Assembly: GCA_016188605.1 (NCBI GenBank)
Contig: JACPHP010000009.1
Coordinates: forward strand, 24,786 to 88,785
Direction of reading: 5' to 3'
Source: Candidatus Spechtbacteria bacterium
GTDB lineage: Bacteria > Patescibacteriota > Minisyncoccia > Spechtbacterales > JACPHP01
Length of the DNA stretch: 64,000 bases
Every line of letters starts with the position of its first letter. Position 1 is the stretch's first letter. This document shows, piece after piece, positions 50,379-59,950 of this stretch. The position numbers were made by a program, and so were the translations under genes. Below the pieces are notes generated by a model, which saw nothing but the letters and a program-made list of their open reading frames with translations, was not told the DNA's origin and made no database searches.

Positions 50379-52862
50379 TTACGTTCCTCTCTTATTGTAT
50401 ATTTGTTGAAGTATCTTAATATAAGCCGCTCGTCGTGCTGGCGAAGGTTCATCTTGTATAGCATCGTTTACAGCCTTTCGATATCGTTCAAGATTTTCCG
50501 GCGTTTCGTTAAGATTGTACGTGGCTTCAGTCTGTTCTACTTGCGCGCGTAAACGATTTTGTTGTTCTTCTAACTCGGCCTTGTACTGTTCTTTTTGTGC
50601 TTGCTCCGCTTCTTTTTTAGCCGCTTCTGCTTTGGTGACAAAATTAGCGTTTTTACCACTCTCTGATGTAGGCGGAGTTGGCGCAGGCGTTGGCTTAGAA
50701 ACAAAATCTCCCTCTGGTGTTCTTGTAATATTATGTTGCTCCATTATTCTATCAAGGTCTTCCTGGCTCATAGATTCACCAGTAGTAGCCGTTGGTAGTG
50801 GAGGAGGTGTTTGTACTGAAGGGGGAGTTTGAACTGGAGTAGCGGCCGTAGGTTTTGGAGAGCTTGGTGGTGTAGGCGGCGGAGTTGGCGCGGGTGTTGG
50901 ACCAGATGGTGGTTGTTGCCATGGAGGAACAATAGTTCCAGGTTGGCTTGCGCCTCCTGCTCCAGGAGTTGCGCCGGGCGTTCCTTCACCCGCAGTCGTG
51001 CCACCACTCCCCGGAGTTGGTATATACATATTAGGTATTCTCGGGTCGATTTGTTGCGCCTGGAAAGTTGCTGTAAATTGAGCAAACTTTTTATTTTCAT
51101 TATTAAACTTCAGAAGCGCCGCAGGGTCGTTATATATTTTAATAAGCTGATCAACCACCGCATCCATAACATCCGGGTTATAGTTATCATGAATGTTTCT
51201 TAAATGCGTTGCTTGAATACCCCATACCCAATCTGCCACATTATTCTTTATTTCATCAGGAGAGATTTTATCTGGATCAAACCTGCCAGGAGTAGGGATT
51301 TTGTTTACTTTTTTCGGCGCCATTCCTCTAGCAAGACCAGCACCCATAGCCGCGCCAGCTGGACCTAGGCCAGCTAATTGTTTTTGTGCAAATGGCACAG
51401 ATCCCTTAACCGCTTCCCCTGCTTTTTTCTTGCCAGCCGTGTATCCCGCCTTGGCTTGAGATTTAACATATTTGCCAGCCGTCGTAGCGCCAGGAACTTG
51501 ACCTAATACACTACCAACTTTTCCTGCTACCGTGCTAGCCTTTGTTTTAGCGCCAGCATAAGCCCCCCCAATTTTTTGACCTACAGGAGTGCCGGCAATT
51601 CTGGTTTTTGCCGCGCGATAGCCCGTGCGGCCAACACCAACAGTAGCTCGGCCAGTTTTCTTTCCCATCCAAGTACCTGCCGCAGTTCCCCATTTTGTGC
51701 CATTGCTGACGATAAGCTTTGATCCTACCGCGCTAAATGAGAAGCTGATCATGAACCCGACGAACAGTGTGCCGATTGCAAACAGTAGCATGATGGCATT
51801 GCACATATTGGCATTCTGCAAAATGGTGAGGCCAGTTCCAGTCGTCGCATCATACGCTGTAATTGTATTGTATGATCCAGTAATGCCAGAGGGATTAGTA
51901 AAGGAAAAGTTAGTACACAGCGCGTTTCCTGATGCAATGAATCTCGCCGCCAGCCAGTAGAATAGTCCCAGTGGAATGGGTAATATTGCCCACTGGAAAA
52001 AATTACCCCACCATTGGCTAAAGTATTTTCTTGTTTCAGGAAGAATATATGCTACAAACGCAAGCGGTGAGATGATAACCAGAATCCACACAGCAAGAAT
52101 TCGTATGAGTATGAGCAGAGACATTGCTACAAACGCGGCTATTGAAAGAATATGGAAAATCACATCAACCAAAGCTTGGGCGAATACTCCAAACGCGACG
52201 CCGACGTCACCGGTAAATATTGTTTTAAGAGCCGTTAGCCATATTGAGCCAAGTGTGCTGAACGCGGGCAAGAAAAGCTTCCATCCCCCGCCAGCTCCAC
52301 CAGCATCAAAAAATATTTTTGTAAGAATGTTTGTGACATCTATAATAAAGCCAGTTATTACGGGTGTGAAGTTAATGAGTAGCGCAATTCCAATAAAGGG
52401 TATTAAAAGTTTTCGCCATCGTTCCGTTCCCAATTCCAGTATTGTGCTAACCGCAATTGCAATTAGCACAAACACAAGTCCTATATTTGCCAGATCGCGC
52501 ATCACGCCCCACGCGATTGTAATAACAGTGTTCGCAGCCGCCGGGTTTGCGGGGGTGTAGGGGACGGCAAGAGAAAAATTAATTATTGCGTCCATCACAG
52601 CGCCCATAATAATTGCAAAAACGGTAAGTATCGTACTGATGATGACAAGAATGGTTGTTACGATTGCAACAAGTAACGCAGTGAGGCGAGATGCAAAGAA
52701 CCCAACTATAGCATCGTAGAATGCATCTCCAATAACATTGGCAGAAGCTATGTGGGTTGGCATCAACAGACCAATAGAAACTAAACAAAACAAGGATAAC
52801 AAAATTACCGCAGTGCTTTGTGTGGAATGCTTGGTGAAAAATTTCACTATAGATTTCATCAC
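50379..52862 (-). CDS. VirB6/TrbL-like polytopic membrane protein with a long Pro/Thr-rich and coiled-coil C-terminal extension
   Basis: Signal/TM N-terminus and about 8 TM helices. Segment VIISPLAFVAYILPETRKYFSQWWGNFFQWAILPI resembles the TrbL/VirB6 core (PF04610-like). C-terminus PTPAPTPPPTPPSSPKP... then a charged helical region. First gene of the cluster. Confidence 0.45.
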   Translation of the reverse strand: MMKSIVKFFTKHSTQSTAVILLSLFCLVSIGLLMPTHIASANVIGDAFYDAIVGFFASRLTALLVAIVTTILVIISTILTVFAIIMGAVMDAIINFSLAVPYTPANPAAANTVITIAWGVMRDLANIGLVFVLIAIAVSTILELGTERWRKLLIPFIGIALLINFTPVITGFIIDVTNILTKIFFDAGGAGGGWKLFLPAFSTLGSIWLTALKTIFTGDVGVAFGVFAQALVDVIFHILSIAAFVAMSLLILIRILAVWILVIISPLAFVAYILPETRKYFSQWWGNFFQWAILPIPLGLFYWLAARFIASGNALCTNFSFTNPSGITGSYNTITAYDATTGTGLTILQNANMCNAIMLLFAIGTLFVGFMISFSFSAVGSKLIVSNGTKWGTAAGTWMGKKTGRATVGVGRTGYRAAKTRIAGTPVGQKIGGAYAGAKTKASTVAGKVGSVLGQVPGATTAGKYVKSQAKAGYTAGKKKAGEAVKGSVPFAQKQLAGLGPAGAAMGAGLARGMAPKKVNKIPTPGRFDPDKISPDEIKNNVADWVWGIQATHLRNIHDNYNPDVMDAVVDQLIKIYNDPAALLKFNNENKKFAQFTATFQAQQIDPRIPNMYIPTPGSGGTTAGEGTPGATPGAGGASQPGTIVPPWQQPPSGPTPAPTPPPTPPSSPKPTAATPVQTPPSVQTPPPLPTATTGESMSQEDLDRIMEQHNITRTPEGDFVSKPTPAPTPPTSESGKNANFVTKAEAAKKEAEQAQKEQYKAELEEQQNRLRAQVEQTEATYNLNETPENLERYRKAVNDAIQDEPSPARRAAYIKILQQIYNKRGT

Positions 52863-52894
52863 TATCTATTGTAGCACAAGAGTGCCTGTGCTGA

Positions 52895-53785
52895 TTACAG
52901 TGGATATCTATTGACGAGAGTTTTCCACTCGTTAAGCGATAATGTTTCGGGACGGCGAGTTTGTTCAATATCGTTTTGAGCAAGCCATATCGTTATTTTT
53001 TCTTTTGGCAGGCCGAGCCCTTGCGATAAGGTTTTTTGTAGCTGTTGGCGCGGGTGTGCAAACCCAGCTTTGGCGATTTTGAAGAACAACGGAATATCTT
53101 TTTCTGCTATGACTGGGCTAGGATAGACATCCACAACTAATAATGCGGAATCAACTGTAGGTTGCGGCCAAAAAGCGCCCTTGGAAACTATGCGTACAAT
53201 AGTAGGGTTGCCATATAATTGCACGGAAAGAGCCAAAAGATTCATCCCGTTAGAGGTAGAGCGGCGCTGTGAGCCCTCGCGACCTCTAACGGGATTCATG
53301 TCTGGGGTCTTTGCGCAAATCTTCTGCGCTACTTCTTTTTGGATAATAACAGCGATTCGACTTGGGCGAATCGGCTCTTCATCAAGGAATTTACGGAATA
53401 GACGGGCTGTTAAATAATAAGGAGGCGTTCCGACGAGTTTGTAGTCCTGTATTCTGTATTCCGTATTCTGTATTCTCAGTGCGTCGCCCTCGATAATTTC
53501 TATATTCTTATAGTTTGCCGTTTGCTCGCGCAGAATAGGAATTAATGCGCGATCTTTTTCAATTGTCACGACGCGGCCAACGTATTTTGCTATTTCTGTC
53601 GTAACCGTGCCTAGTCCGCCGCCTATCTCAAGCACTGTATCGTTTTTATCTAGCTGTGCCGCGGCGATTAGAGCGTTAAGAATATCTTGATTAACCAAAA
53701 AATTCTGCCCAAGCCGCTTGTTTGGCATTAAAATATCATGTTGCAGGTAGATTTCTTTGATTTCAGAGGGCGTTAGCATAAGCAA
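52895..53785 (-). CDS. rsmA: 16S rRNA (adenine1518/1519-N6)-dimethyltransferase KsgA/RsmA
   Basis: GQNFLVNQDILNALIAAA, SAM motif VLEIGGGLGTVT. Contains an in-frame heptamer array (53446-53479) encoding RIQNTEYRIQDYK. Confidence 0.85.
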   Translation of the reverse strand: MLMLTPSEIKEIYLQHDILMPNKRLGQNFLVNQDILNALIAAAQLDKNDTVLEIGGGLGTVTTEIAKYVGRVVTIEKDRALIPILREQTANYKNIEIIEGDALRIQNTEYRIQDYKLVGTPPYYLTARLFRKFLDEEPIRPSRIAVIIQKEVAQKICAKTPDMNPVRGREGSQRRSTSNGMNLLALSVQLYGNPTIVRIVSKGAFWPQPTVDSALLVVDVYPSPVIAEKDIPLFFKIAKAGFAHPRQQLQKTLSQGLGLPKEKITIWLAQNDIEQTRRPETLSLNEWKTLVNRYPL

Positions 53786-53870
53786 TCAACGAATAACGAA
53801 TCCTGTGCGAATATACGAATACTCCACTGTAGTCAATTCGTTTATTCGTAACGGATTCGTTATTCGTTGA
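53786..53870. repeat. MITE-like palindromic element with 18-bp terminal inverted repeats tcaacgaataacgaatcc / ggattcgttattcgttga
   Basis: It lies exactly between the uvrD-like stop (53883) and the ksgA start (53785). A second copy with the same termini is at 60933-61015. The interior is made of cgaata/tattcg heptamer-like words. Confidence 0.65.
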
Positions 53871-53882
53871 TGATTAAGATTG

Positions 53883-55841
53883 TTATCCCCACTCAATCAC
53901 CTCCTCTTCCCCACTATCGATATGGTCAATTGGGCGAAAGTCGATGAGGTGTTCCGGTATATCAAACAAGAAAGACGACGGCGGGTTAGCGTGCACCGAG
54001 CCAAACACCATGCGGGTACGGGCAAAGGTGAAGTACAGGCGCTGTTTGGCGCGTGTAATGCCTACATAGCAGAGACGGCGTTCTTCTTCAAGCTCTGATT
54101 GTGAAGTAGCGCTGCGGCTGTGCGGGAAAACTCCCTCCTCGCAGCCGGCGATAAACACTACGGAAAATTCAAGGCCCTTGGCGGCGTGAAGCGTCATAAG
54201 AGAAACGCGATCCTTGTTATAGCGACCATCCGCCTCCTGCACCAGAGCCACTTTTTCTAGAAACTGGGTTAATGCCTCTCGGGGCGGCGTGTCTTTGTAG
54301 AATTCAGCCGCGCTGATGAGTTCGCCTATGTTCTCCCAGCGCTCTTCCCCCTCTTTAGTACCATCACGTAGATACTTTTCATAACCCATTTCCTTTGCCA
54401 CCTTTGTAATTAAAAGATGTGGTGGTGTTGTTTGCATCTCACCGCGCAGAGTTTCTATCTGTTCCAAGAAGCGCGTTGCTTGCGTTGGTTCTTTGTCTGA
54501 ACCAATTTTTTCCCGCGCTACCTTGCCAATGCCGCGAGGAGGTGTGTTTATAATACGGTTCAACGCGGCAATGTCTTTAGGATTAGCCAGTAACCGCAAA
54601 TACGAGATTATATCTTTAACCTCTTTGCGCTTGTAGAACTGCACGCCGCCTATTAGCACATAAGGAAAATCGTATCGCAAAAATGCCTCTTCCAGGGCGC
54701 GCGATTGGGCGTTTGTTCGATATAGTATTGCGCATTCAGATAGCGGTACACGCAGTTCGCGCACGGCACGTTCAATCTCTGCGATTATATACCCCCCCTC
54801 TTCTTGTTCATTGTCCAACTCTTTTAGAATAATTTTTTTTCCTTCGCCATTGTTTGTCCAAAGAGTTTTTTTTGTTTTGTATTGGTTGCGATCAATTACT
54901 GCGGTTGCGGCATCAAGAATAATTTGGGTTGAGCGGTAGTTTTGGTCGAGAATAACCACTTTGGCATCGGACCAGTCTTTTTCAAAGCGCAAAATGTTGC
55001 GGAAGTCGGCTCCACGCCAAGAATAAATGCTTTGGCTGTCATCCCCAACGCAGCAGACATTATGGTGTTTTTGTGCTAGCTGGCGGATAAGTTTGTACTG
55101 CGCGCCGTTAGTGTCTTGGTATTCATCTACTAATATATATTGGAATTGATTTTGGTAGCGTTCCAGCACGTCGGGGTTTCTCTCAAATAAAAGCACGGTC
55201 TGAAACAAGAGGTCGCCAAAATCCATGGCATTGTGATCTTTGAGTGTTTGTTGATATATAGGATAAACCTTAGCCACAAGGTTTTTAGGATAATCGGTGG
55301 CTATATTTTCAAATTCAATAGGCCCCAGCAATTCGTCTTTGGCGCGGCTGATGGTATCCATAACTTTTTGAGGCGGATGTTCTTTGACCGACAGCTTTAC
55401 TCGATCCATTGCATTTTTAATAATGCGCAGCTGGTCATCATCATCATATACAGTAAAATGCGGCGTATAACCGAGTAGACTGCCGGTATCGCGCAGAATT
55501 TTAGCGCAGATACTGTGGAATGTGCCCATCGCAGGCGCGCCCCAAAGGGGCGCGCCTGCGATGCAAAGTTCATTTTGGCGCAAAAGCGCATTCACCCGTT
55601 CTTTCATTTCCCCCGCCGCTTTGTTGGTGAATGTCACCGCTAGAATGTGATGCGGGGCAATGCCTTGTTGGATAAGATGGGCAATGCGGTGCGTGATGGT
55701 TTTGGTTTTACCAGATCCAGGACCTGCAATAATAAGAAGCGGCCCGTTTATAATAGAAGCCGCTTGTTTTTGTTTGTCATTTAGGGAATCCAGGAAATTT
55801 TCCATAATTTTAATCATATCGTACTGGTGGTGTTTTTCCAA
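53883..55841 (-). CDS. UvrD/PcrA/Rep-family ATP-dependent DNA helicase
   Basis: Walker A AGPGSGKT, motifs TFHSICAKIL, VDEYQDTN, and a C-terminal helicase domain. 652 aa. Confidence 0.85.
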   Translation of the reverse strand: MEKHHQYDMIKIMENFLDSLNDKQKQAASIINGPLLIIAGPGSGKTKTITHRIAHLIQQGIAPHHILAVTFTNKAAGEMKERVNALLRQNELCIAGAPLWGAPAMGTFHSICAKILRDTGSLLGYTPHFTVYDDDDQLRIIKNAMDRVKLSVKEHPPQKVMDTISRAKDELLGPIEFENIATDYPKNLVAKVYPIYQQTLKDHNAMDFGDLLFQTVLLFERNPDVLERYQNQFQYILVDEYQDTNGAQYKLIRQLAQKHHNVCCVGDDSQSIYSWRGADFRNILRFEKDWSDAKVVILDQNYRSTQIILDAATAVIDRNQYKTKKTLWTNNGEGKKIILKELDNEQEEGGYIIAEIERAVRELRVPLSECAILYRTNAQSRALEEAFLRYDFPYVLIGGVQFYKRKEVKDIISYLRLLANPKDIAALNRIINTPPRGIGKVAREKIGSDKEPTQATRFLEQIETLRGEMQTTPPHLLITKVAKEMGYEKYLRDGTKEGEERWENIGELISAAEFYKDTPPREALTQFLEKVALVQEADGRYNKDRVSLMTLHAAKGLEFSVVFIAGCEEGVFPHSRSATSQSELEEERRLCYVGITRAKQRLYFTFARTRMVFGSVHANPPSSFLFDIPEHLIDFRPIDHIDSGEEEVIEWG

Positions 55842-56022
55842 ATTTAATAGTTTGCGATTACCTTAAAAAAGTATCTTAGGGCGCGTGCGTTCGCGCACGC
55901 GCCCCTTCGTGTTTTATCCACCCGTCCAAGGCTTGACCTACCAGCTACCAAAATGCTAGGATACTAAAGTTAAGGCAAATGCCTTTTTTGTTTGCAATTT
56001 TGTTCTTCAGTCGGTCGTTCGA

Positions 56023-57366
56023 GTGAAAGACTTAAAGCCACAAACTCCTTTAGGCGTACATATGGGCGCAAGAGGATTTTCAAGGCCTATTCGCAAAACC
56101 ATACAACATTCTGTGTCCGCGGACGCCCCTAGGGGAGCAGCAGTAAGCGCGCTACAAAGCGTGCAAGCTGTTACCACCAAGGGGATCGCATCGCGGGTAG
56201 AGAACTACATAACCATTCCACATAAAGAGTTGCCACGTTTTTTCCCAAACACTCTTAAAGGAATGATTCTTACCACAGCGCATCGTTTTTTGCGCTTTGT
56301 TGCGTATAATGCGGCGTGGTCAGGAATTGGCGCCATTGTGCTTGTTGTGGGTGTTGGTAACGTCATACAGCCGCAGTTTCCAGTAGATTTTGGATTTATT
56401 CGTGATGTTGGTCAAGAAAATTTTGTTCAAGAGGTAGAAGCCATGCCCAAGATGACCGTGGTAACACCCATACTTACGCCAAGTTTGTTTTTTGTGAGCG
56501 GATATAATTCCGTGCCCGGCGCAGATATAGAGGCTTCTATATACAGGGGCGTAGGCGGACCAGCGGATAATGAAATATTTATTTCAATAGAAGATGCCAC
56601 GGTGGTTGCCTCCTCTTCTCCGCTTACCATTGCAGCATCGGCAAATCAACGTAAGAAAATTGAAAAATACATTGTGCAAGATGGCGATACGCCCTCTAGT
56701 ATTGCGGCAGCTTTCGGTATTACCACAAATACGCTTCTATGGGCAAATAGTTTAAGGGATGGCGATTATATTCGCCAAGGGCAGGAACTTAGTATATTGC
56801 CTGTGTCGGGCGTAAGCTACCAAGTGAAGAGTGGTGATACTCTTTTATCTATATCAAAGCAATTTAATGGTAACGCAAGCGCAGTTATTGCGTATAATAA
56901 ACTTGCCTCAAGTGGCGACTTGAGCGCTGGTGAAACTATTATTATTCCCGATGGAGAGATGCCTAAACGTCAATATGCTTTGGCGTCTTCGCGAGTATAT
57001 ACTTATGGAGGGCAAGATTTGGGCGGTTACTTTTTAAAGCCAGCCGCGGGCTATATTAGTCAAGGGCTTCATCCTAATAATGCCGTTGATATCGCAAATG
57101 CTTGCTGGACTCCTGTTTATGCTGCTGCAGAGGGTACGGTTGTTATTGCTGATTCTTACGGATGGAATGGTGGATATGGGCAATATGTTCGCATTCGTCA
57201 TCCCAACGGAGTTGAAACAGTTTATTCTCATGCTATTAAGTTAGTAGTATCAGCCGGTCAAAAAGTTACGCGCGGGCAACTTATTGAATATATGGGTGAA
57301 ACGGGTCGCGCCACGGGATGCCATGTGCACTGGGAAGTTTATGGAGCAAAAAACCCCTTAAGATAA
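56023..57366 (+). CDS. LysM-domain M23-family (LytM-like) peptidoglycan endopeptidase
   Basis: Two LysM repeats (YIVQDGDTPSSIAAAFGITTNTLLWAN and YQVKSGDTLLSISKQF). M23 motifs HPNNAVDIA, GGYGQYVRIRHPNGVETVYSHA and GETGRATGCHVHWEV. N-terminal TM segment. Confidence 0.8.
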   Translation: MKDLKPQTPLGVHMGARGFSRPIRKTIQHSVSADAPRGAAVSALQSVQAVTTKGIASRVENYITIPHKELPRFFPNTLKGMILTTAHRFLRFVAYNAAWSGIGAIVLVVGVGNVIQPQFPVDFGFIRDVGQENFVQEVEAMPKMTVVTPILTPSLFFVSGYNSVPGADIEASIYRGVGGPADNEIFISIEDATVVASSSPLTIAASANQRKKIEKYIVQDGDTPSSIAAAFGITTNTLLWANSLRDGDYIRQGQELSILPVSGVSYQVKSGDTLLSISKQFNGNASAVIAYNKLASSGDLSAGETIIIPDGEMPKRQYALASSRVYTYGGQDLGGYFLKPAAGYISQGLHPNNAVDIANACWTPVYAAAEGTVVIADSYGWNGGYGQYVRIRHPNGVETVYSHAIKLVVSAGQKVTRGQLIEYMGETGRATGCHVHWEVYGAKNPLR

Positions 57367-57598
57367 GAGGTTTTTGCTCCATAAACTTGGCCGCAAAAGC
57401 GGCCGGGGTAGTTGTGGTGACCTCAGTTTTTTGCCCGAGACGACTTCATATGCTTATGAAGTCGGTGAGAAATATTTGGCGTCGCCACAACGGTACCTTG
57501 GTGTTAATATTTTATGGAGCAAAAAACCCCTTAAGATAGAACAGAATACAGAATACAGAATACAGAATACAGAATACAGAATACAGAATACCAACTGT
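57339..57598. repeat. Composite repeat region. A 27-bp direct repeat (57339-57365 / 57512-57538) duplicates the 3' end of the M23 gene. Internal hairpins, then a (acagaat)x7 heptamer array at 57541-57589.
   Basis: DR ttatggagcaaaaaaccccttaagata occurs twice, 173 bp apart. The first copy is followed by its own inverted copy (ggtttttgctccataaa), forming a hairpin. Further hairpins ggccgc-aaaa-gcggcc and cgacttcata-tgct-tatgaagtcg. The heptamer array matches the one inside ksgA. Confidence 0.7.
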
Positions 57599-59128
57599 TT
57601 AGTAGGTTTCTGCTTCTTTCCTAATATACCCCAATGCCTCTGTAAGATGCGGCACGAGTATTGCTTCTGACGCGGCAAGGTCTGCGATCGTTCGCGCAAC
57701 TTTGAGTAAATTGTGATATCCGCGGGCGGAAAGGCCAAAAGAGTTTACCGCGCGTTCAACAATGTGCTCAGAATCACCACTAAGAACGCAGTATTTTTTA
57801 ATCAAAGGCAGAGTCATTTCGCTGTTTGTTTTTGTTGCGAGTCCTGTAAAGCGCTTGTTTTGTATGTTGCGTGCTTGATTTACTCGAGTCTGTACAATAA
57901 TAGTGGATTCACCAAGTATAGTTGAGGATAGGACCTCATATGTTTGCGAAGGAACCCAGACGTGAATATCTATGCGGTCGGCAATCGGCCCAGAAAGTTT
58001 TCGTTGATACATCATAATTTGCGACGGACTGCACACGCAAGGGTGTTTGTCATCATTGCGATAGCCGCAGGGGCAAGGGTTTGCCGCCGCAACAAGCGTA
58101 AAGGAAGCGGGATAGTGTATAGTGCCCTTGCTTCGCGCCACTGTTATTTTGCGCGATTCAAGCGGTTGACGGAGACTTTCTAACACATCGCGATGAAATT
58201 CAGGGAATTCATCAAGAAACAAGACGCCGCGATGGGCCATGGTGATTTCGCCAGGTAAAAGATTGGACCCGCCGCCAAGCAAAGCCACCTCAGAAGAAGA
58301 ATGATGTGGCGAGCGGAACGGGCGATCGTAAACAAGCGGGGAATCGGGATTTAATTCTCCTTTTATGCTTGTAATTTGAGTAACTTCAAGCTGCTCCTCT
58401 CGTGACATTGCGGGCAAAATACCTGCCATGGCGCGTGCAAGAAGAGTTTTGCCGGAACCAGGGGGACCTTGCATTAATACGTTATGGCTACCAGCTGCCG
58501 CGATTTCTATAGCGCGTTTTGCTTGATGCTGGCCTTGAATCTGACCGATGTCGGGCAATGATTGCTGATACGATTGTTTGGGCGCGATGTTTTGTGGCGG
58601 CGTGAAATGCTCGTTATGCTCCAGCAGGCGTATACATTCATTGAGATTTGAGGGAGCTTCAACAACCATGTTCCCGACAAGCGATGCCTCGGCGGCGTTT
58701 TCGCGCGGAACAATAAGCCGCGCGATTTTCTTTTGTCTAGCGCAGAGGGCCATAGACAACGCGCCGCGTACAGGGCGTAATGTGCCGTCTAGACCAAGCT
58801 CGCCCATTATTAATGTGTTTGCATCAATAGGTTTTATTTGTTTAGACGACACAAGAAATCCTAAAGCCATTGGTAAATCAAAATGTGTCCCCTGTTTCTT
58901 TATATCAGCAGGCGCAAGGTTGATAATAGTGCGTTTATTAAAACTGCGAGGCGGTTTAAACTTACTGTTTTTTAAGGCGGAAGACATTCGTTCTTTTGCT
59001 TCTTCTACCGCTTTATCGGCGAGGCCAACGATATGAAAAGCATGGAGGCCGACGTGAACGTCGACCTCCGTATGAATAAGACGGGAATGAAGCCCATCAA
59101 TGGTTGCGGATAGAATAGTTGCGGGCAT
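57599..59128 (-). CDS. comM: YifB/ComM-family Mg-chelatase-like AAA+ ATPase
   Basis: N-terminal MPATILSATIDGLHSRLIHTEVDV..., Walker A GPPGSGKTLLA, 509 aa. Confidence 0.85.
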   Translation of the reverse strand: MPATILSATIDGLHSRLIHTEVDVHVGLHAFHIVGLADKAVEEAKERMSSALKNSKFKPPRSFNKRTIINLAPADIKKQGTHFDLPMALGFLVSSKQIKPIDANTLIMGELGLDGTLRPVRGALSMALCARQKKIARLIVPRENAAEASLVGNMVVEAPSNLNECIRLLEHNEHFTPPQNIAPKQSYQQSLPDIGQIQGQHQAKRAIEIAAAGSHNVLMQGPPGSGKTLLARAMAGILPAMSREEQLEVTQITSIKGELNPDSPLVYDRPFRSPHHSSSEVALLGGGSNLLPGEITMAHRGVLFLDEFPEFHRDVLESLRQPLESRKITVARSKGTIHYPASFTLVAAANPCPCGYRNDDKHPCVCSPSQIMMYQRKLSGPIADRIDIHVWVPSQTYEVLSSTILGESTIIVQTRVNQARNIQNKRFTGLATKTNSEMTLPLIKKYCVLSGDSEHIVERAVNSFGLSARGYHNLLKVARTIADLAASEAILVPHLTEALGYIRKEAETY

Positions 59129-59131
59129 GAA

Positions 59132-59509
59132 TTATGCGCGACGAGCGCTGCAATCGCGGCAAAACTTCGCCTCGGGATATGCTTGTAATCGTTTTATATC
59201 AATAGGTTTACCGCAATGCTCGCAAGCGCCATAAGTTCCTTTCTCAATTTTTTCTAGCGCGTTACTTATCGCTTGCAGGCGCAACTCCAGGCTATGCTCA
59301 ATGGGAAGATTTGTCGCGTATTCTTCAACTTCATTCGCCGCCTCTTCAAGGCTGGCATCGTTGTCGTAGCTTGGAAACCGCGCATCCCAGTCCCCTTTTA
59401 GGTTGGGATCTTGCGATGCAAAAGATTCTAAGCTCTTGCCCAGGCTAGCCTTAAGCCCAACAAGTTTTTCTTTTAATTCCGTAATGTCTTTAGTAGAAAG
59501 TATTTCCAT
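59132..59509 (-). CDS. DksA/TraR-family C4-type zinc-finger protein
   Basis: C-terminal CEHCGKPIDIKRLQAYPEAKFCRDCS (CxxC...CxxC). I chose the ATG at 59509 (MEILSTKD...) because the upstream 34 codons of the maximal ORF look like leader. Confidence 0.6.
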   Translation of the reverse strand: MEILSTKDITELKEKLVGLKASLGKSLESFASQDPNLKGDWDARFPSYDNDASLEEAANEVEEYATNLPIEHSLELRLQAISNALEKIEKGTYGACEHCGKPIDIKRLQAYPEAKFCRDCSARRA

Positions 59510-59950
59510 AATATTTATTGTACGCAAAGAGAATAAAAATACAATAGAACAGAGAACAGAGAACCATGAGCAATAACAAATGAAAAGCCACTCGTATGTT
59601 ACGGGTGGCACGGATGAAAGAACAGATATATAAGAAATTTCTCAGAGATGCAGGAGATCCCCTTGCACATAGTGTTGGGTTCGTGCATCTCTGAGAGAAA
59701 GAGTCTTTTTCGTTTCCTCTTAAAGCGAAATGACTTTATTGGTTTGCCAATTGGGGGTATGTCCCCGATTCGTCGGACAAGAGGTCAGAACAACCTGCGT
59801 CCAATGAGCAAACCAATTGAAACAAAGAACTGTTACATATACATAATAACATTTATAATAATTTACATCAAGCACCAGTTATCCACAGGGTGAATCTCTA
59901 GTACGTAGTGAGTAGTCCGCGCGTCTTCGGCGCGTTATTCTACTCACTAC

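Noticed and set aside
50515-51203. ORFs on both strands (105, 110, 124 aa) within the VirB6-like C-terminal region
   Set aside because: Frames overlap the Pro/Thr-rich repetitive coding sequence of 50379..52862. Low-complexity artefacts.
39937-52862. Integrative conjugative element, prophage or genomic island
   Set aside because: No integrase, relaxase, VirD4, tRNA attachment site or flanking direct repeats are visible. The neighbouring genes are core housekeeping genes. Composition is not obviously different from the rest of the window.
57318-57738. ORFs 57318..57539 (+), 57374..57670 (+) and 57454..57738 (-) after the M23 gene
   Set aside because: They arise from the 27-bp direct repeat and the heptamer array (translated as NTEYRIQ repeats). 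They overlap the comM 3' end and show no coding signal.
59648-59893. 81-aa plus-strand ORF in the dksA-upstream intergenic region
   Set aside because: It spans hairpins and a DnaA box, has no homology or motif, and has a spurious-looking N-terminus.
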